Shown in pieces: positions 29,984 to 39,561 of a DNA stretch of 64,000 nt; the stretch's first letter is position 1; each line of letters opens with the position of its first letter. The notes under the pieces were generated by a model. The model was not told the origin of the DNA and did not search any database. It was given only the letters and a program-made list of their open reading frames with translations. Made by a program: the position numbers and the translations under genes. This DNA comes from Hadesarchaea archaeon (GTDB lineage: Archaea > Hadarchaeota > Hadarchaeia > Hadarchaeales > WYZ-LMO6): positions 1-64,000 of the forward strand of contig JAPDJF010000001.1 of assembly GCA_029259185.1 (NCBI GenBank), given 5' to 3'.

Positions 29984-30796
29984 TTAAAAGGCGGGTTCAC
30001 ACTCGACTTCAAAAGCTTCGCAAATGGATTCGATGTTCGTGCAGATTTTCTTCCAGTACCCCGAACCACTTGCTAGGAGGGCTGGGATCTGTTCTTTCAT
30101 TCCGGGGTATTCTCGATCCAAGAAGGATCCAAGCCGGTGCAAGACCCACCTTCTCAAGTTCAGCTTGTCATATATGAGATAGCTATTCGTACTTTTAGCC
30201 ACTTCAACGATTTGCTTGAAGTTTTCTTGGCTGTCGTTTACTCCGGGAATGATTGGTCCGAGGAAGAGCCAGGTTCTCACCCCTGAGGAAGAGAATTCTT
30301 CAAGGATGCGAGCTCTAGCTTCGGGTGGGGAGGCATTTGGTTCCAGCTTCTCGGCTAACTTCCGGTTCATGGTTGTTATGGTCACTCCGACCTCGAATCC
30401 ATCAGGTTTGATCACATCCATATCGCGTAGGATCAGGCTGGACTTGGTCTGGATGCATACTGACAAGTTCCTAAACGACAGCAGTTCGATGCATTTGCGC
30501 GTGAGTTCGAATTTAGCCTCGGCCGGCTGGTATGGGTCACATGTAGTACCTAAGCCGACGACTCCGGCCGGTCTTCTCCTTAGTTCGGTCTCCAGTACTT
30601 CAGCGATGTTTTGTTTCACCTTAACGAGTTTCCCCCAGTTCAATCCCATCCATTCGTCGCGTAGGGTAGATGGGGAATAACAATACAGACAAGCATGTTC
30701 GCATCCGATGTACGGGTTGAGAGCATAACGTAGCCCTGGGAGCCTGCTCGGGGAGAGGGCTGACCTACACTTTATTATCGATATTTCTGCTCTCAT
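29984..30796 (-). CDS. Radical SAM protein, spore-photoproduct-lyase-like family
   Basis: NPYIGCEHACLYCY, DPYQPAE, QTKS..ILRD, GPIIPG. Confidence 0.88.
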   Translation of the reverse strand: MRAEISIIKCRSALSPSRLPGLRYALNPYIGCEHACLYCYSPSTLRDEWMGLNWGKLVKVKQNIAEVLETELRRRPAGVVGLGTTCDPYQPAEAKFELTRKCIELLSFRNLSVCIQTKSSLILRDMDVIKPDGFEVGVTITTMNRKLAEKLEPNASPPEARARILEEFSSSGVRTWLFLGPIIPGVNDSQENFKQIVEVAKSTNSYLIYDKLNLRRWVLHRLGSFLDREYPGMKEQIPALLASGSGYWKKICTNIESICEAFEVECEPAF

Positions 30797-32109
30797 GAGA
30801 ACTCCGTGATCTTCTTCTGGAAGAACGCATTCCTCAGGAGGGCACTGTTTTCGACCCACTTCGACACGGGAACGGTCAATTTCTCGCTGATGTGTTTCAT
30901 GACTTGTTGAAGGGAATCGAAAACATGTGGTTTGTTCCTAAGCGCTACTCGCACACATTCCCGCGTGAACCATACCCCAACCGGAAGCACATAGCCAGGA
31001 TGAATTTCTCTCAAAGCCAACACGGATGCTTGTTTTCTTTCTCGGTTGAGTTTCTCAGCTACCGCTAGTCTGCACGCGTAGTAACATCCCCCGATATCAG
31101 GATAGGTTTTCCTTCCTTGATAAGGTTCCCAATCCCCCATGATCGCTGGGTTCTCTGCGGTTGGGGGATTCCATGTGGTTCCTGGAAACCAAGATTCGAT
31201 CCACTCAAAGCTCCACCGTTCCGGCATCATGATAATCACAAACACGTTGTCCATTTGTTTCAAGTGATAAACTCTGTATTCGTTGATCGTCTCCCATTGT
31301 TTTATTCGTTCGATAAGTTTGGATGAGACGATCGAGTCTACAGCGGTGATACTCCACCTCGTCGGCACGAGTTTTCTGTTATGGCCCAGTCCGAAAATCC
31401 CTAGACTAAATGCCCGCTGGATTCGTGTGATGGTTACTCCCTCCTCATAGAGCTTTACGACGGCATCGTCTGCCCTCAGGTCTCGGTCGTAGAAGAGCTT
31501 CTCTATCCTTTTATCGACCTTGATGTCGGAGAGCTTTAGTTGGCGCATGGGGGCTGAGGGGCCGAATGGGGGAGTTTCGTGGCTTAGGGTCAGCACCGCC
31601 TTTGGTATTTTTGCCAGCAGGACTTCGGCATCGATCGGATGTTTTCCCATCGCCACTTCTTGTAAACTTTCCACCATCCTGTTTCCAGCACGTATTGCCC
31701 GGACATCGGTACACACACTCCCGCGAATCAGTGCGGATCGGTAATCCACTATTGCTTGGAGCGGCTTCCCTAACCAAAGTTCTGGTGTATCGAGGATCTC
31801 CGTGTTTCCCTTGTATGGAGGTACCATTGGCCCTACGAATACCTTGGGATATCCTATTCGTCCTACGAATACGGCAGGGGGAGTTGAACCTTCGATACGC
31901 GGAGAGTCGATTTGAACGGTAGCCTTTAGCAAAGACCTCGCTCTCAGGAGGATGGGGCACCTCAGCTTTCCACACAACATTTTTGCCCCCCTACACAGAA
32001 GGCAAATGGTCTCTCTTGTCCCTGAGACCCTGAGGTTGTTCGTGGATAGTTCCCTAGCGATCCGGAGGGGGAGGATTTCTCTCAGCCAATGAATGTCTTC
32101 GGTCACCAT
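30793..32109 (-). CDS. nreA: Nre-family DNA repair protein
   Basis: C..CRG...LCG..CP, GSTPP.VFVG..GYP, LVPTRWSITAVD, C-terminal PIP box QKKITEF. Confidence 0.92.
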   Translation of the reverse strand: MVTEDIHWLREILPLRIARELSTNNLRVSGTRETICLLCRGAKMLCGKLRCPILLRARSLLKATVQIDSPRIEGSTPPAVFVGRIGYPKVFVGPMVPPYKGNTEILDTPELWLGKPLQAIVDYRSALIRGSVCTDVRAIRAGNRMVESLQEVAMGKHPIDAEVLLAKIPKAVLTLSHETPPFGPSAPMRQLKLSDIKVDKRIEKLFYDRDLRADDAVVKLYEEGVTITRIQRAFSLGIFGLGHNRKLVPTRWSITAVDSIVSSKLIERIKQWETINEYRVYHLKQMDNVFVIIMMPERWSFEWIESWFPGTTWNPPTAENPAIMGDWEPYQGRKTYPDIGGCYYACRLAVAEKLNRERKQASVLALREIHPGYVLPVGVWFTRECVRVALRNKPHVFDSLQQVMKHISEKLTVPVSKWVENSALLRNAFFQKKITEFS

Positions 32110-32146
32110 TCTAATTGTTTGGGATTTCGAGATTTAGAGGTTAGAT

Positions 32147-32824
32147 TCAGAGACGACTAAGGGCTATGCACCTTATTATGTCACTAACATCTTCACAGTA
32201 GTCAGCCACATTTTCCATGTTGTCGGTGATCTCCTTCAGCAAGAGGGAGGAACCTATATCTCTGTTCTTCCTATACCATTCGAGGAGTTGGGGCATCAAT
32301 TTTTCAGCTCGGAGGTCGTCTATCTCTTCTTCGAGTTTTTCCACTTGGTGGGATATGGCCACGGCAGAAGTTGGGTTTTTGCTCAGGACGAGAAAGTTCT
32401 TATATGTAGTCTTTGAAATCTCCACCAATCGATTCGAAAAAGTACACAGCGTCTTACGCAGTTTCTGGGGAAGACTCTTGGGGTCTATGAAGGTCAATTT
32501 TCTCGCCACGGCTTTGGCGTTGGAGGCCACATCGTCGGCAGTCATGACGAGTCTAACTATCTCATCCCTGTTTATGGGGTGAAAGATACCTTTCGCTAGA
32601 TCTTCTAATATCTTCCTCTTTATTTCGTCAGCTTCCCTTTCTCTTTTGAAAGTACCGGAAAAGCCGTTTATGGTCTTCTTCTTGTTCAGATTGCATACCC
32701 CTTGAACGGCTTTGTCCATCTCAATTACGGTCTCCATTATCTTCTTCATGTGAATGTCACAACTCTTCAGAACCTCTTTCTCCCTTCCCTTCGCAACCCA
32801 GAAAAGAGGACCCGCGTGTCTCAT
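32147..32824 (-). CDS. DUF47 phosphate transport regulator
   Basis: EREADEIKR, P..RDE, LEEEID, ENVADYCED; downstream of pit. Confidence 0.88.
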   Translation of the reverse strand: MRHAGPLFWVAKGREKEVLKSCDIHMKKIMETVIEMDKAVQGVCNLNKKKTINGFSGTFKREREADEIKRKILEDLAKGIFHPINRDEIVRLVMTADDVASNAKAVARKLTFIDPKSLPQKLRKTLCTFSNRLVEISKTTYKNFLVLSKNPTSAVAISHQVEKLEEEIDDLRAEKLMPQLLEWYRKNRDIGSSLLLKEITDNMENVADYCEDVSDIIRCIALSRL

Positions 32825-34029
32825 GCTATCCCCAATCCATGTCCCAATAACACGAAAAGCACGATGCTTAATAAGGCTACGCATGGGATGGTCAAGATCC
32901 AGAACAACAAAATCTTTAGCGTAGTTGGCTTGTGGAGGGCGCCCATCCCCCCCCTCGCCAAACCCACCCCTATTATGGTCCCTATGCTGCTATGGGTGGT
33001 AGAAACGGGTATGCCGAACCCCATTAAGAAGGTGGGAACCACGGTGAATAAAAAGACGGTGAGGGCATTCGAAAACTCAGCTACCATCCCCATCAAGGGA
33101 TCAAGTCTTGTCACCCTGTAAGCGCATGTGGAGATGACCCTGTATCCCCAAGTGAGACCTCCTATAAGTATGCCCGTGGCTCCCAGAATGCTGAGAAGAA
33201 ACATGGTGAGAAGTGTTGGTTCTCCTATCAGTCGCTGGGTAGGAGTGACGAAAACTCCGGTTGCGTTCGCCATGTCGTTGGCACCGAAGGAGAGGGCAGA
33301 GAAACAGAGGGAAACTATGAGAAGGGAAGAAAGGACGAACTCGTTCTTGAAGGTTTTGTACTTCTTCCACATCGATGTGATAAGGATGGAGGGGGGGAGA
33401 AAAGAGATGGTCAGGCTACCGACCACTGCAGATAGCTTATCCCACTCGAGGAGTTTGTAGAGGACGGAGACTGAGGTGATGAAACTCAGGAAATAGGTGA
33501 CGAAGTAAACTAAGATAACGTTTCCATGCTTTCTCTCCCTGCTGAAGTAGTTCCTCGCTGGACGGAAAAGACCGAACGAAAGCAGAATGGAGAGAAGGGG
33601 GGAGAGGAGGAGACTGAGGATCACGGTGAAGAGAACTCCATGGTTTATCAATCCGGGCGAGATGAGCAGACCGAAGCCTAGGACACCTCCTATCACCGAG
33701 TGGGTGGTGGACACGGGCATTCCCTTCCAGCTCGAGAAGGTGACCCAAAGGCATGCAGCGAGAGAGGCAACGAAGCTTCCCAAGATGAGTTTTTGTGTCT
33801 CGAGTTCTTCCCTCGCTATCAGTCCCCTATCGATGGTTTTCATGACGAAGGGACCGAGTATTATCCCTCCGGTGGCGGTGAAAATCGCAAAAAGGATAAA
33901 GGCTTTCTTCAAGGAGAGTACTCCAGATCCGACCGCACAATCGGTAGGATTGGCGGCATCGTTGGCCCCCATGTTCCATGCGTAGTAGAAAGCGAGAGCG
34001 ATTCCAAGGGCGTATACGACCTCTAGCAT
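32821..34029 (-). CDS. pit: Inorganic phosphate transporter (PiT)
   Basis: GANDAAN, PVSTTH twice, GANDMAN. Confidence 0.95.
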   Translation of the reverse strand: MLEVVYALGIALAFYYAWNMGANDAANPTDCAVGSGVLSLKKAFILFAIFTATGGIILGPFVMKTIDRGLIAREELETQKLILGSFVASLAACLWVTFSSWKGMPVSTTHSVIGGVLGFGLLISPGLINHGVLFTVILSLLLSPLLSILLSFGLFRPARNYFSRERKHGNVILVYFVTYFLSFITSVSVLYKLLEWDKLSAVVGSLTISFLPPSILITSMWKKYKTFKNEFVLSSLLIVSLCFSALSFGANDMANATGVFVTPTQRLIGEPTLLTMFLLSILGATGILIGGLTWGYRVISTCAYRVTRLDPLMGMVAEFSNALTVFLFTVVPTFLMGFGIPVSTTHSSIGTIIGVGLARGGMGALHKPTTLKILLFWILTIPCVALLSIVLFVLLGHGLGIA

Positions 34030-34112
34030 TTTCCCCCTATAGAGGAGGGATTTATATAGTTTACTGAAAGGGAGACATATAGAGTTTAAATATAGAAAAA
34101 TAATCTATATAG

Positions 34113-35144
34113 ATGGAGAGCGAGCGAAGGAAAGTTCAATTGACGGGCAAATCTACCTACATAATCTCCATCCCGAAGAAGTGGGCCGTGGAGATGGGGA
34201 TAAAGGAAGGCGATGAGCTTGTAATAGAAAAGCAAGATGGGTTATTACGTATCTCCCCAAAAGCGGTGAAAAGGGCCAACAAAACGGGGGAGGTTACCCT
34301 AAAGCTCTCCGCTACCGAGGATCCCCATGCGGGGGCTAGAAAGGTCGTCTCTCTGTACTTGGTGGGTTATAACGTGATACGACTTCAAGCGGAGGAGGAG
34401 AGGATATCCGCTCCCCAGAGGGAAACGATAAAACAATTCGTGAGGACGAAGCTCGTTGGGATGGAAATAACGACCGACTTACCGAACGAGATGGTTCTCC
34501 AAGTCCTCATGAGCTATCCCGAACTATCCGTCAAAGATGCTTTAAAGCGAATGTGTTTGATAGCCACATCGATGAAGAGGGATGCGATCAGCGCGTTGGA
34601 GAACTTCGATGAGACCCTCGCCAGAGACGTGATTGGGAGGGACGACGAGGTCGACAGGTTCGGTATGTACGTGATCAGACAGCTGAAGTCAGCGGTTCAG
34701 GAGCAGAGTTTAATAAAGGAGATAGGATTGGAGACACCCCGCGATTGTCTCGGGTACCGGCTCATCGCCAAGATAATCGAGAGGGTCTCCGATCATGTTG
34801 TCTTGATAGCCCAAAACATTCTCCAGATGAAGGGCAGGGTTGGACGTTTCCTCGTAAAGAAAATAAAAGAGATGGATTCCTTCGTTTCCGAGATATTCGA
34901 GGATGCGGTGAAATCGTTGTTTGAGGGGGATTACGAAATGGCAGAGAAAGTGATAGAGAGAGGAAGGGCATTGGTCGAGGTCGAGGAAGGTGTGGTTCGA
35001 GAAGTGCTTCGGAGGGCCTCACGGGAGCACCTGATAGCCCTGAGATTGATAATAGAGAGTCTAAGGAGGATAGGGGAATACGGGAGTGACATAGCAGAGA
35101 TAGTGCTGAACCTGAATGCCACCAAAATGGTGGAAGGACGGTAG
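34113..35144 (+). CDS. phoU: Phosphate uptake regulator (AbrB + PhoU domains)
   Basis: RKVQLTG.STYIISIPK.W, DDEVDR, ERVSDH, RIGEY. Confidence 0.92.
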   Translation: MESERRKVQLTGKSTYIISIPKKWAVEMGIKEGDELVIEKQDGLLRISPKAVKRANKTGEVTLKLSATEDPHAGARKVVSLYLVGYNVIRLQAEEERISAPQRETIKQFVRTKLVGMEITTDLPNEMVLQVLMSYPELSVKDALKRMCLIATSMKRDAISALENFDETLARDVIGRDDEVDRFGMYVIRQLKSAVQEQSLIKEIGLETPRDCLGYRLIAKIIERVSDHVVLIAQNILQMKGRVGRFLVKKIKEMDSFVSEIFEDAVKSLFEGDYEMAEKVIERGRALVEVEEGVVREVLRRASREHLIALRLIIESLRRIGEYGSDIAEIVLNLNATKMVEGR

Positions 35145-35161
35145 ACGGTGGTAGGACGGAG

Positions 35162-36157
35162 ATTTACGATTTCGAAGAGAATCGCGTGAGGGAGTTCCTC
35201 CGGAAGTATCGAGCCGAACTCGCCGCCATCCAATTACCTCCGGGGCTGAGGAGGTGGACTGCTAAGATCGGAAAAGTTTTCGAAGAGGAAGGAGTAGAAT
35301 TCGTGATTCTCGGGAAGAGTTGTTACGGAGCCTGTGATCTCGCGGATAAAGAGGCGAAGCAGGTCGGTGCCGATGTGCTCGTACACTACGGACATGCGGA
35401 CATGGGGCTCCCTGCCTCTTTGCCTGTTTTGTTTGTTGAGGCTAGGATGCTCGTGAACGTTACCGAAAAGCTCGAGCAGGGTTTTGAAGAGATCGACTCG
35501 AGGAGGGTGGGGGTAGTCACTACGGTTCAACATGTTGGTGAATTGCAGAAGGTTCGGGAATTACTGACTTCTCGGGGAATAGAAGTGGCGATCGGGAAAC
35601 CCGGGTTCAGGGCGAGATATCCTGGGCAGGTCCTCGGGTGTGATATGGGCTCGGCAACCTCTGTGATGGGAGAGGTGGACGAGTTTCTCTACCTAGGTAC
35701 GGGAAGGTTCCATCCCCTAGGAGTGGCTTTGGTCACCGGAAAGGAAGTTTTGACGATAAATCCCATAACTGGAAATTTTGAAAGGTGGTCGAGGGAAACG
35801 GAAAGCTTTTTGAAGAAGAGGAGAGCTCTCGTAGCCCGAGCAGCGTGTTGCAGGAGATTTGGGGTCGTGACGAGCACAAAGATAGGGCAGGCTCGGTTCA
35901 AGCTTGCAAGACATTTGGTGGAGAAGTTGACGAAGGCGGGAAAGGATGTACAGATGATATTGGTGGATGAAGTCACGCCTGAAACGCTCGGAGATTTCGG
36001 GTTAGACGCTGTGGTGTGCGCCGCCTGTCCCAGAATTCCGATAGATGATGCTGAGCGGTTTGAGATCCCTCTTCTGACTCCTTTTGAATTGTCGCTCGTG
36101 CTTGGTGAGAGGTGGGAGGGCTACAGGTTGGATGTGGTAAAGGCAATTGATTTTTAA
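35162..36157 (+). CDS. dph2: Diphthamide biosynthesis enzyme Dph2
   Basis: QLPPG, CYGACD, VHYGH, GQVLGC, ACPRI; start ATT 35162 or GTG 35186. Confidence 0.93.
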   Translation: MYDFEENRVREFLRKYRAELAAIQLPPGLRRWTAKIGKVFEEEGVEFVILGKSCYGACDLADKEAKQVGADVLVHYGHADMGLPASLPVLFVEARMLVNVTEKLEQGFEEIDSRRVGVVTTVQHVGELQKVRELLTSRGIEVAIGKPGFRARYPGQVLGCDMGSATSVMGEVDEFLYLGTGRFHPLGVALVTGKEVLTINPITGNFERWSRETESFLKKRRALVARAACCRRFGVVTSTKIGQARFKLARHLVEKLTKAGKDVQMILVDEVTPETLGDFGLDAVVCAACPRIPIDDAERFEIPLLTPFELSLVLGERWEGYRLDVVKAIDF

Positions 36158-36192
36158 TAGTTGGATCCAAGTTAAATGGTGGTTTTCTGGAA

Positions 36193-36780
36193 GTGATAAA
36201 AACTGGAACTTTCGTAGTGCCTGGCGTCTTCCTCTCTACGGTAGAGGAGTTCATGCCTGGAGAAGGTGCGTACGAGGAGAATGGGAAAGTCTACTCTTCG
36301 TGTGCGGGTTTGGTGTTGGTGGATCTCCGAACTCGGAGGATCTCGGTATTTCCTGCGGCGGCACCGCCAATCCTGAAGCGTGGGGATACCATCATAGGTG
36401 AAGTGGAAGAAGTTACTCCTCAGAGGGCAGACGTGTCCATCGAGATTCTCCACGGACATGAAGGGAGGGAGTTGCCTCCTCCGAGGGTCGGAACGATCCA
36501 TGTCTCTCACACGAGCAAGAGCTATGTGAGGGACGCGACGAAAAAGTTTAGGGTTGGGGACGTGGTGCGGGCACGTGTACTCAATGTCGGGCGGGAACTC
36601 GTTCAGCTCTCTACCGAGGGCGAGGATCTGGGGGTTATCTTCACGAAGTGCTCCAGATGTAGTACCCCGCTAGAAGTGGAAAACCAGAGGACGGGAAAGC
36701 TGAAATGTCCGATATGTGAAAAGGTGGAATTCAGGAAGCTCGCTAGGGACTACCGCAAGGGGGTGCTGTGGGGGGAATGA
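36193..36780 (+). CDS. csl4: Exosome RNA-binding protein Csl4
   Basis: EEFMPGEGAY, S1 domain, LGVI..CSRC..CPIC..E.RK. Confidence 0.92.
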   Translation: MIKTGTFVVPGVFLSTVEEFMPGEGAYEENGKVYSSCAGLVLVDLRTRRISVFPAAAPPILKRGDTIIGEVEEVTPQRADVSIEILHGHEGRELPPPRVGTIHVSHTSKSYVRDATKKFRVGDVVRARVLNVGRELVQLSTEGEDLGVIFTKCSRCSTPLEVENQRTGKLKCPICEKVEFRKLARDYRKGVLWGE

Positions 36781-36986
36781 AAGGAAAAAAAGTTTTGAGT
36801 TTCAAGCTACCCAACTCCCAGAGTGCGGTAGAAGTTATGCGCCGGCTTGGTGAGCTGAGGGCGAATCTGGAGGCCGAGGCGAAGTTGAATCGGATAGTGT
36901 TAACGATCCATGGCCCCTCCTCTGAAATTAAAAAGGTGAGCAGAGAAGTAAGAGAGATCATCAAAGGCGTACACGGAGGGAGTTGA
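36777..36986 (+). CDS. Small conserved-looking protein between csl4 and rpoL
   Basis: Overlaps csl4 stop and abuts rpoL start. Confidence 0.6.
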   Translation: MKGKKVLSFKLPNSQSAVEVMRRLGELRANLEAEAKLNRIVLTIHGPSSEIKKVSREVREIIKGVHGGS

Positions 36987-37268
36987 GTGAAAATCGAGGT
37001 AGTGGAAAGAGGGGAGAAAAGCATACGTGTGAGGATCATAGGTGAGGATCATACCTTTTGTAACATACTCAGGAAAATGATGTACGAAGATGACAATGTA
37101 GAGATGGCTCCCTACACCATAGAACATCCGATGTTGGGGCACCCAGAATTCTATGTGAAGGTCAGGAGGGGAAAACCCGAAGACGCGATGCTCAAGGCAG
37201 CTAAGCGCTTGATGGAGAGATGTGAGGAACTCCGCGAAAAACTCAAAAACAAACTGGAGACGCGGTAA
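36987..37268 (+). CDS. rpoL: RNA polymerase subunit L (Rpo11)
   Basis: GEDHTFCNIL, YTIEHP. Confidence 0.95.
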   Translation: MKIEVVERGEKSIRVRIIGEDHTFCNILRKMMYEDDNVEMAPYTIEHPMLGHPEFYVKVRRGKPEDAMLKAAKRLMERCEELREKLKNKLETR

Positions 37269-37273
37269 TCCAA

Positions 37274-37879
37274 GTGTCCTTGGGGCACGTTAAGTTCTGG
37301 GGCATCAAACCGGAAATAAGAGTACTGGGCCTCGACGACGGTTCTTTTAAACCTAGGGTCAGAGGTAAAGCTTTGGTCATCGGTGTGGTTCTTCGAAGTG
37401 GGCGCATGCTCGAGGGAGTGATGAGCACAAGTGTCGAGATAGATGGTACAGATGCTACTGGGAAGGTGATTGAAATGGTCAATCGGAGTAGACACAAGCC
37501 TCAACTGAGGGTCATCATGAGCGAGGGAATAACGCTTGCCGGATTCAACGTCTTGGATTTGGGAGAGATATTCAGACAGACGGGGTTGCCCATGATCGTA
37601 GTGACACGCAAGAAACCCAACATGTTGGAGGTAAAAAAAGCCTTAAAGCACCTCCCCTGCTGGCGCGAGCGATGGAGGATGATGAAAGCGGCTGGAAAGG
37701 TATACCCCGTGAGTTTCAGGGGAAGAAAGATCTACATGCAGTTGGCCGGCATACGGAGGGAGGATGCTGAAAAGATTTTAACCATCACGACCACGCACGG
37801 GGTGATGCCTGAACCTCTCCGGGTTGCTCACCTCATCGCCACTGGCATGACGAGGGGGGAAAGTGTAGGGAGGGTCTGA
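37274..37879 (+). CDS. DUF99/UPF0215 endonuclease V-like protein
   Basis: RVLGLDDG, IDGTDAT, GITLAGFNV, PEPLRVAHLIA. Confidence 0.9.
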   Translation: MSLGHVKFWGIKPEIRVLGLDDGSFKPRVRGKALVIGVVLRSGRMLEGVMSTSVEIDGTDATGKVIEMVNRSRHKPQLRVIMSEGITLAGFNVLDLGEIFRQTGLPMIVVTRKKPNMLEVKKALKHLPCWRERWRMMKAAGKVYPVSFRGRKIYMQLAGIRREDAEKILTITTTHGVMPEPLRVAHLIATGMTRGESVGRV

Positions 37880-37880
37880 G

Positions 37881-38432
37881 ATGGGGGGGCGGAAAGGGAT
37901 CAAGAGAGTTTTCATCCCACTTGTGAAGAACGATTTTATCTATGAGGTACTTTCCTTCTTTCTTTGCATCGGTATCTTGTACTTTTCCCATCAGGGAATC
38001 CTGATGTTGGCCCTGGACTGCGATACCCCCCTCATGCCTGTCATCTCGAATAGCATGCAACACCACAGCGAGAGCTGGAAAGTACCATACGAGCAGATGG
38101 GTTATGACCCCTCCCAGTTTCCGTTTCAGGGGGGATTCGAGAGGGGCGATCTTCTTGTGATAAAGGGTGTAGATTCACCTAGTGAGATATCGGTCGGAGA
38201 TGTGGTGGTATACCAGCGAGTGCCGGGTACGATACCGGTGGTGCATAGGGTGCTATCGAAGTCAGAAGACGGACAGATCATCGTCCTGAAAGGGGATGCG
38301 AATTCGAGTCCGGATCCGAGCATATCTTTCGAGATGGTTAGGGGAAAGGTGATATTGGCAATCCCTAACCTCGGTTGGTTCTCTATATCAGTTTGGAAGT
38401 ACAGATGGCTTTGCACAAAAATTAGCCCCTGA
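37881..38432 (+). CDS. Signal peptidase I (Sec11-type); native stop replaced by element insertion
   Basis: VISNSM, GDLL, VVHRV, KGDAN..D, GKV; the reconstructed empty site ends WKYR-TGA. Confidence 0.88.
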   Translation: MGGRKGIKRVFIPLVKNDFIYEVLSFFLCIGILYFSHQGILMLALDCDTPLMPVISNSMQHHSESWKVPYEQMGYDPSQFPFQGGFERGDLLVIKGVDSPSEISVGDVVVYQRVPGTIPVVHRVLSKSEDGQIIVLKGDANSSPDPSISFEMVRGKVILAIPNLGWFSISVWKYRWLCTKISP

Positions 38433-39561
38433 GGCCAATTTCCGTGCTTGGGGGCTCGGAGTCCCCCTCAAGGGCCGAAAGCCCTACGGCCCCGTCCCTG
38501 AGCCAGTGGCCCAGGAACCTCTCTCCAATGTTTATGGCTCCGTTGAGGTCGGCGTTGTACTCGAGGCCACACGAGGGACATTTGAAGAAGCCTTGAGAGA
38601 CCCTTCGTCCTTCGTTTCCGCAGCGGTGGCACGTTCGGCTGGTGTACGCCTCGCCGGCGTGCACCACGGGGATCCCCTCCCAGAGAGCCTTGTACTCGAT
38701 GTACCTTGACAGCCGGTGGTGGGGCATCGAGTGCACGATGCGCCTGAACCTCCGCCCCTTTGCCCGCTTGCGGATTCCCTTCAGATCTCCTATCACGATA
38801 ACCGAGTTCCGCTCCTTAGCTTCGCTGACGATAGCCCTTGAGATCTTGTGGCACAGGTCGTCTATTCGCCGGCGCTCCGTTCTGCCTATCCGCTTGATCA
38901 CCCGCAGTAGCTTGCGCTCGCCGAGTCGCTTTCGGAGCCAAGCGTAGTGGCGCCTTATCCCCCTTGCTTCCTTCCCGTAGAGCTTGGGGGAGGTGATGTT
39001 GGCCTCCTTCTGCAGCGCCACAGACGCCGCGAGAAAGCGCTCCCCCAAGTCCACTGCGAGGACGCCGGAGGGACGCATCGGCTTGACCCTACGCTTGACC
39101 GTGAGGTGGAGGAAGAACCTCCCGTTGCGGTGGACGAGCTGTGAGTCGGAGATCTCAACCCTACCCGAGGAGAGAAGCTCCTCGTGGGAGCGCCACATCC
39201 GCAGCGGGCACCAGATGCGCCCGCCGGGGGTTGAAACGGATACGAAAAACCTGGCGAACCTGTTTCCGGTGTCGGTGAGCTTGAATGAGTCCTTATCGAT
39301 GAGGATGGGAGCCTTCCGCCTGTCCCCGGCCTTCCAAGCTAAAGCACGGCAGTAGTAGGAGGGCAACCTCGTTTGCTCTCTCAGAGTCCGGTAGTCCCTC
39401 TCAAGGGCCTGGGCGCGATCCCACTCGGCTTGGAGGTCCTCCAGAAGCTTGCGCTTGAACCGGGTGAGGCCGTAGAGTTCAGCCCTTATCGTCTTGGAGA
39501 CCAACATCGAACGTGGTCTGTCGGAACCATTTTAAGTTTTCCGGTATTTTTGTGCAAAGCG
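38407..39561 (-). mobile_element. TIR-bounded, transposase-less tnpB element (1155 bp)
   Basis: TIR GCTTTGCACAAAAAT at 38408-38422 and 39546-39560; direct repeat AGTACAGAT at 38398-38406 and 39562-39570. Confidence 0.9.
38422..39507 (-). CDS. tnpB: TnpB-family RNA-guided nuclease
   Basis: RuvC-I VLAVDLG, IVIGDL, EAYTSRTCHRC..CPSC zinc finger, RuvC-III NADLNGA. Confidence 0.93.
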   Translation of the reverse strand: MLVSKTIRAELYGLTRFKRKLLEDLQAEWDRAQALERDYRTLREQTRLPSYYCRALAWKAGDRRKAPILIDKDSFKLTDTGNRFARFFVSVSTPGGRIWCPLRMWRSHEELLSSGRVEISDSQLVHRNGRFFLHLTVKRRVKPMRPSGVLAVDLGERFLAASVALQKEANITSPKLYGKEARGIRRHYAWLRKRLGERKLLRVIKRIGRTERRRIDDLCHKISRAIVSEAKERNSVIVIGDLKGIRKRAKGRRFRRIVHSMPHHRLSRYIEYKALWEGIPVVHAGEAYTSRTCHRCGNEGRRVSQGFFKCPSCGLEYNADLNGAINIGERFLGHWLRDGAVGLSALEGDSEPPSTEIGLRG

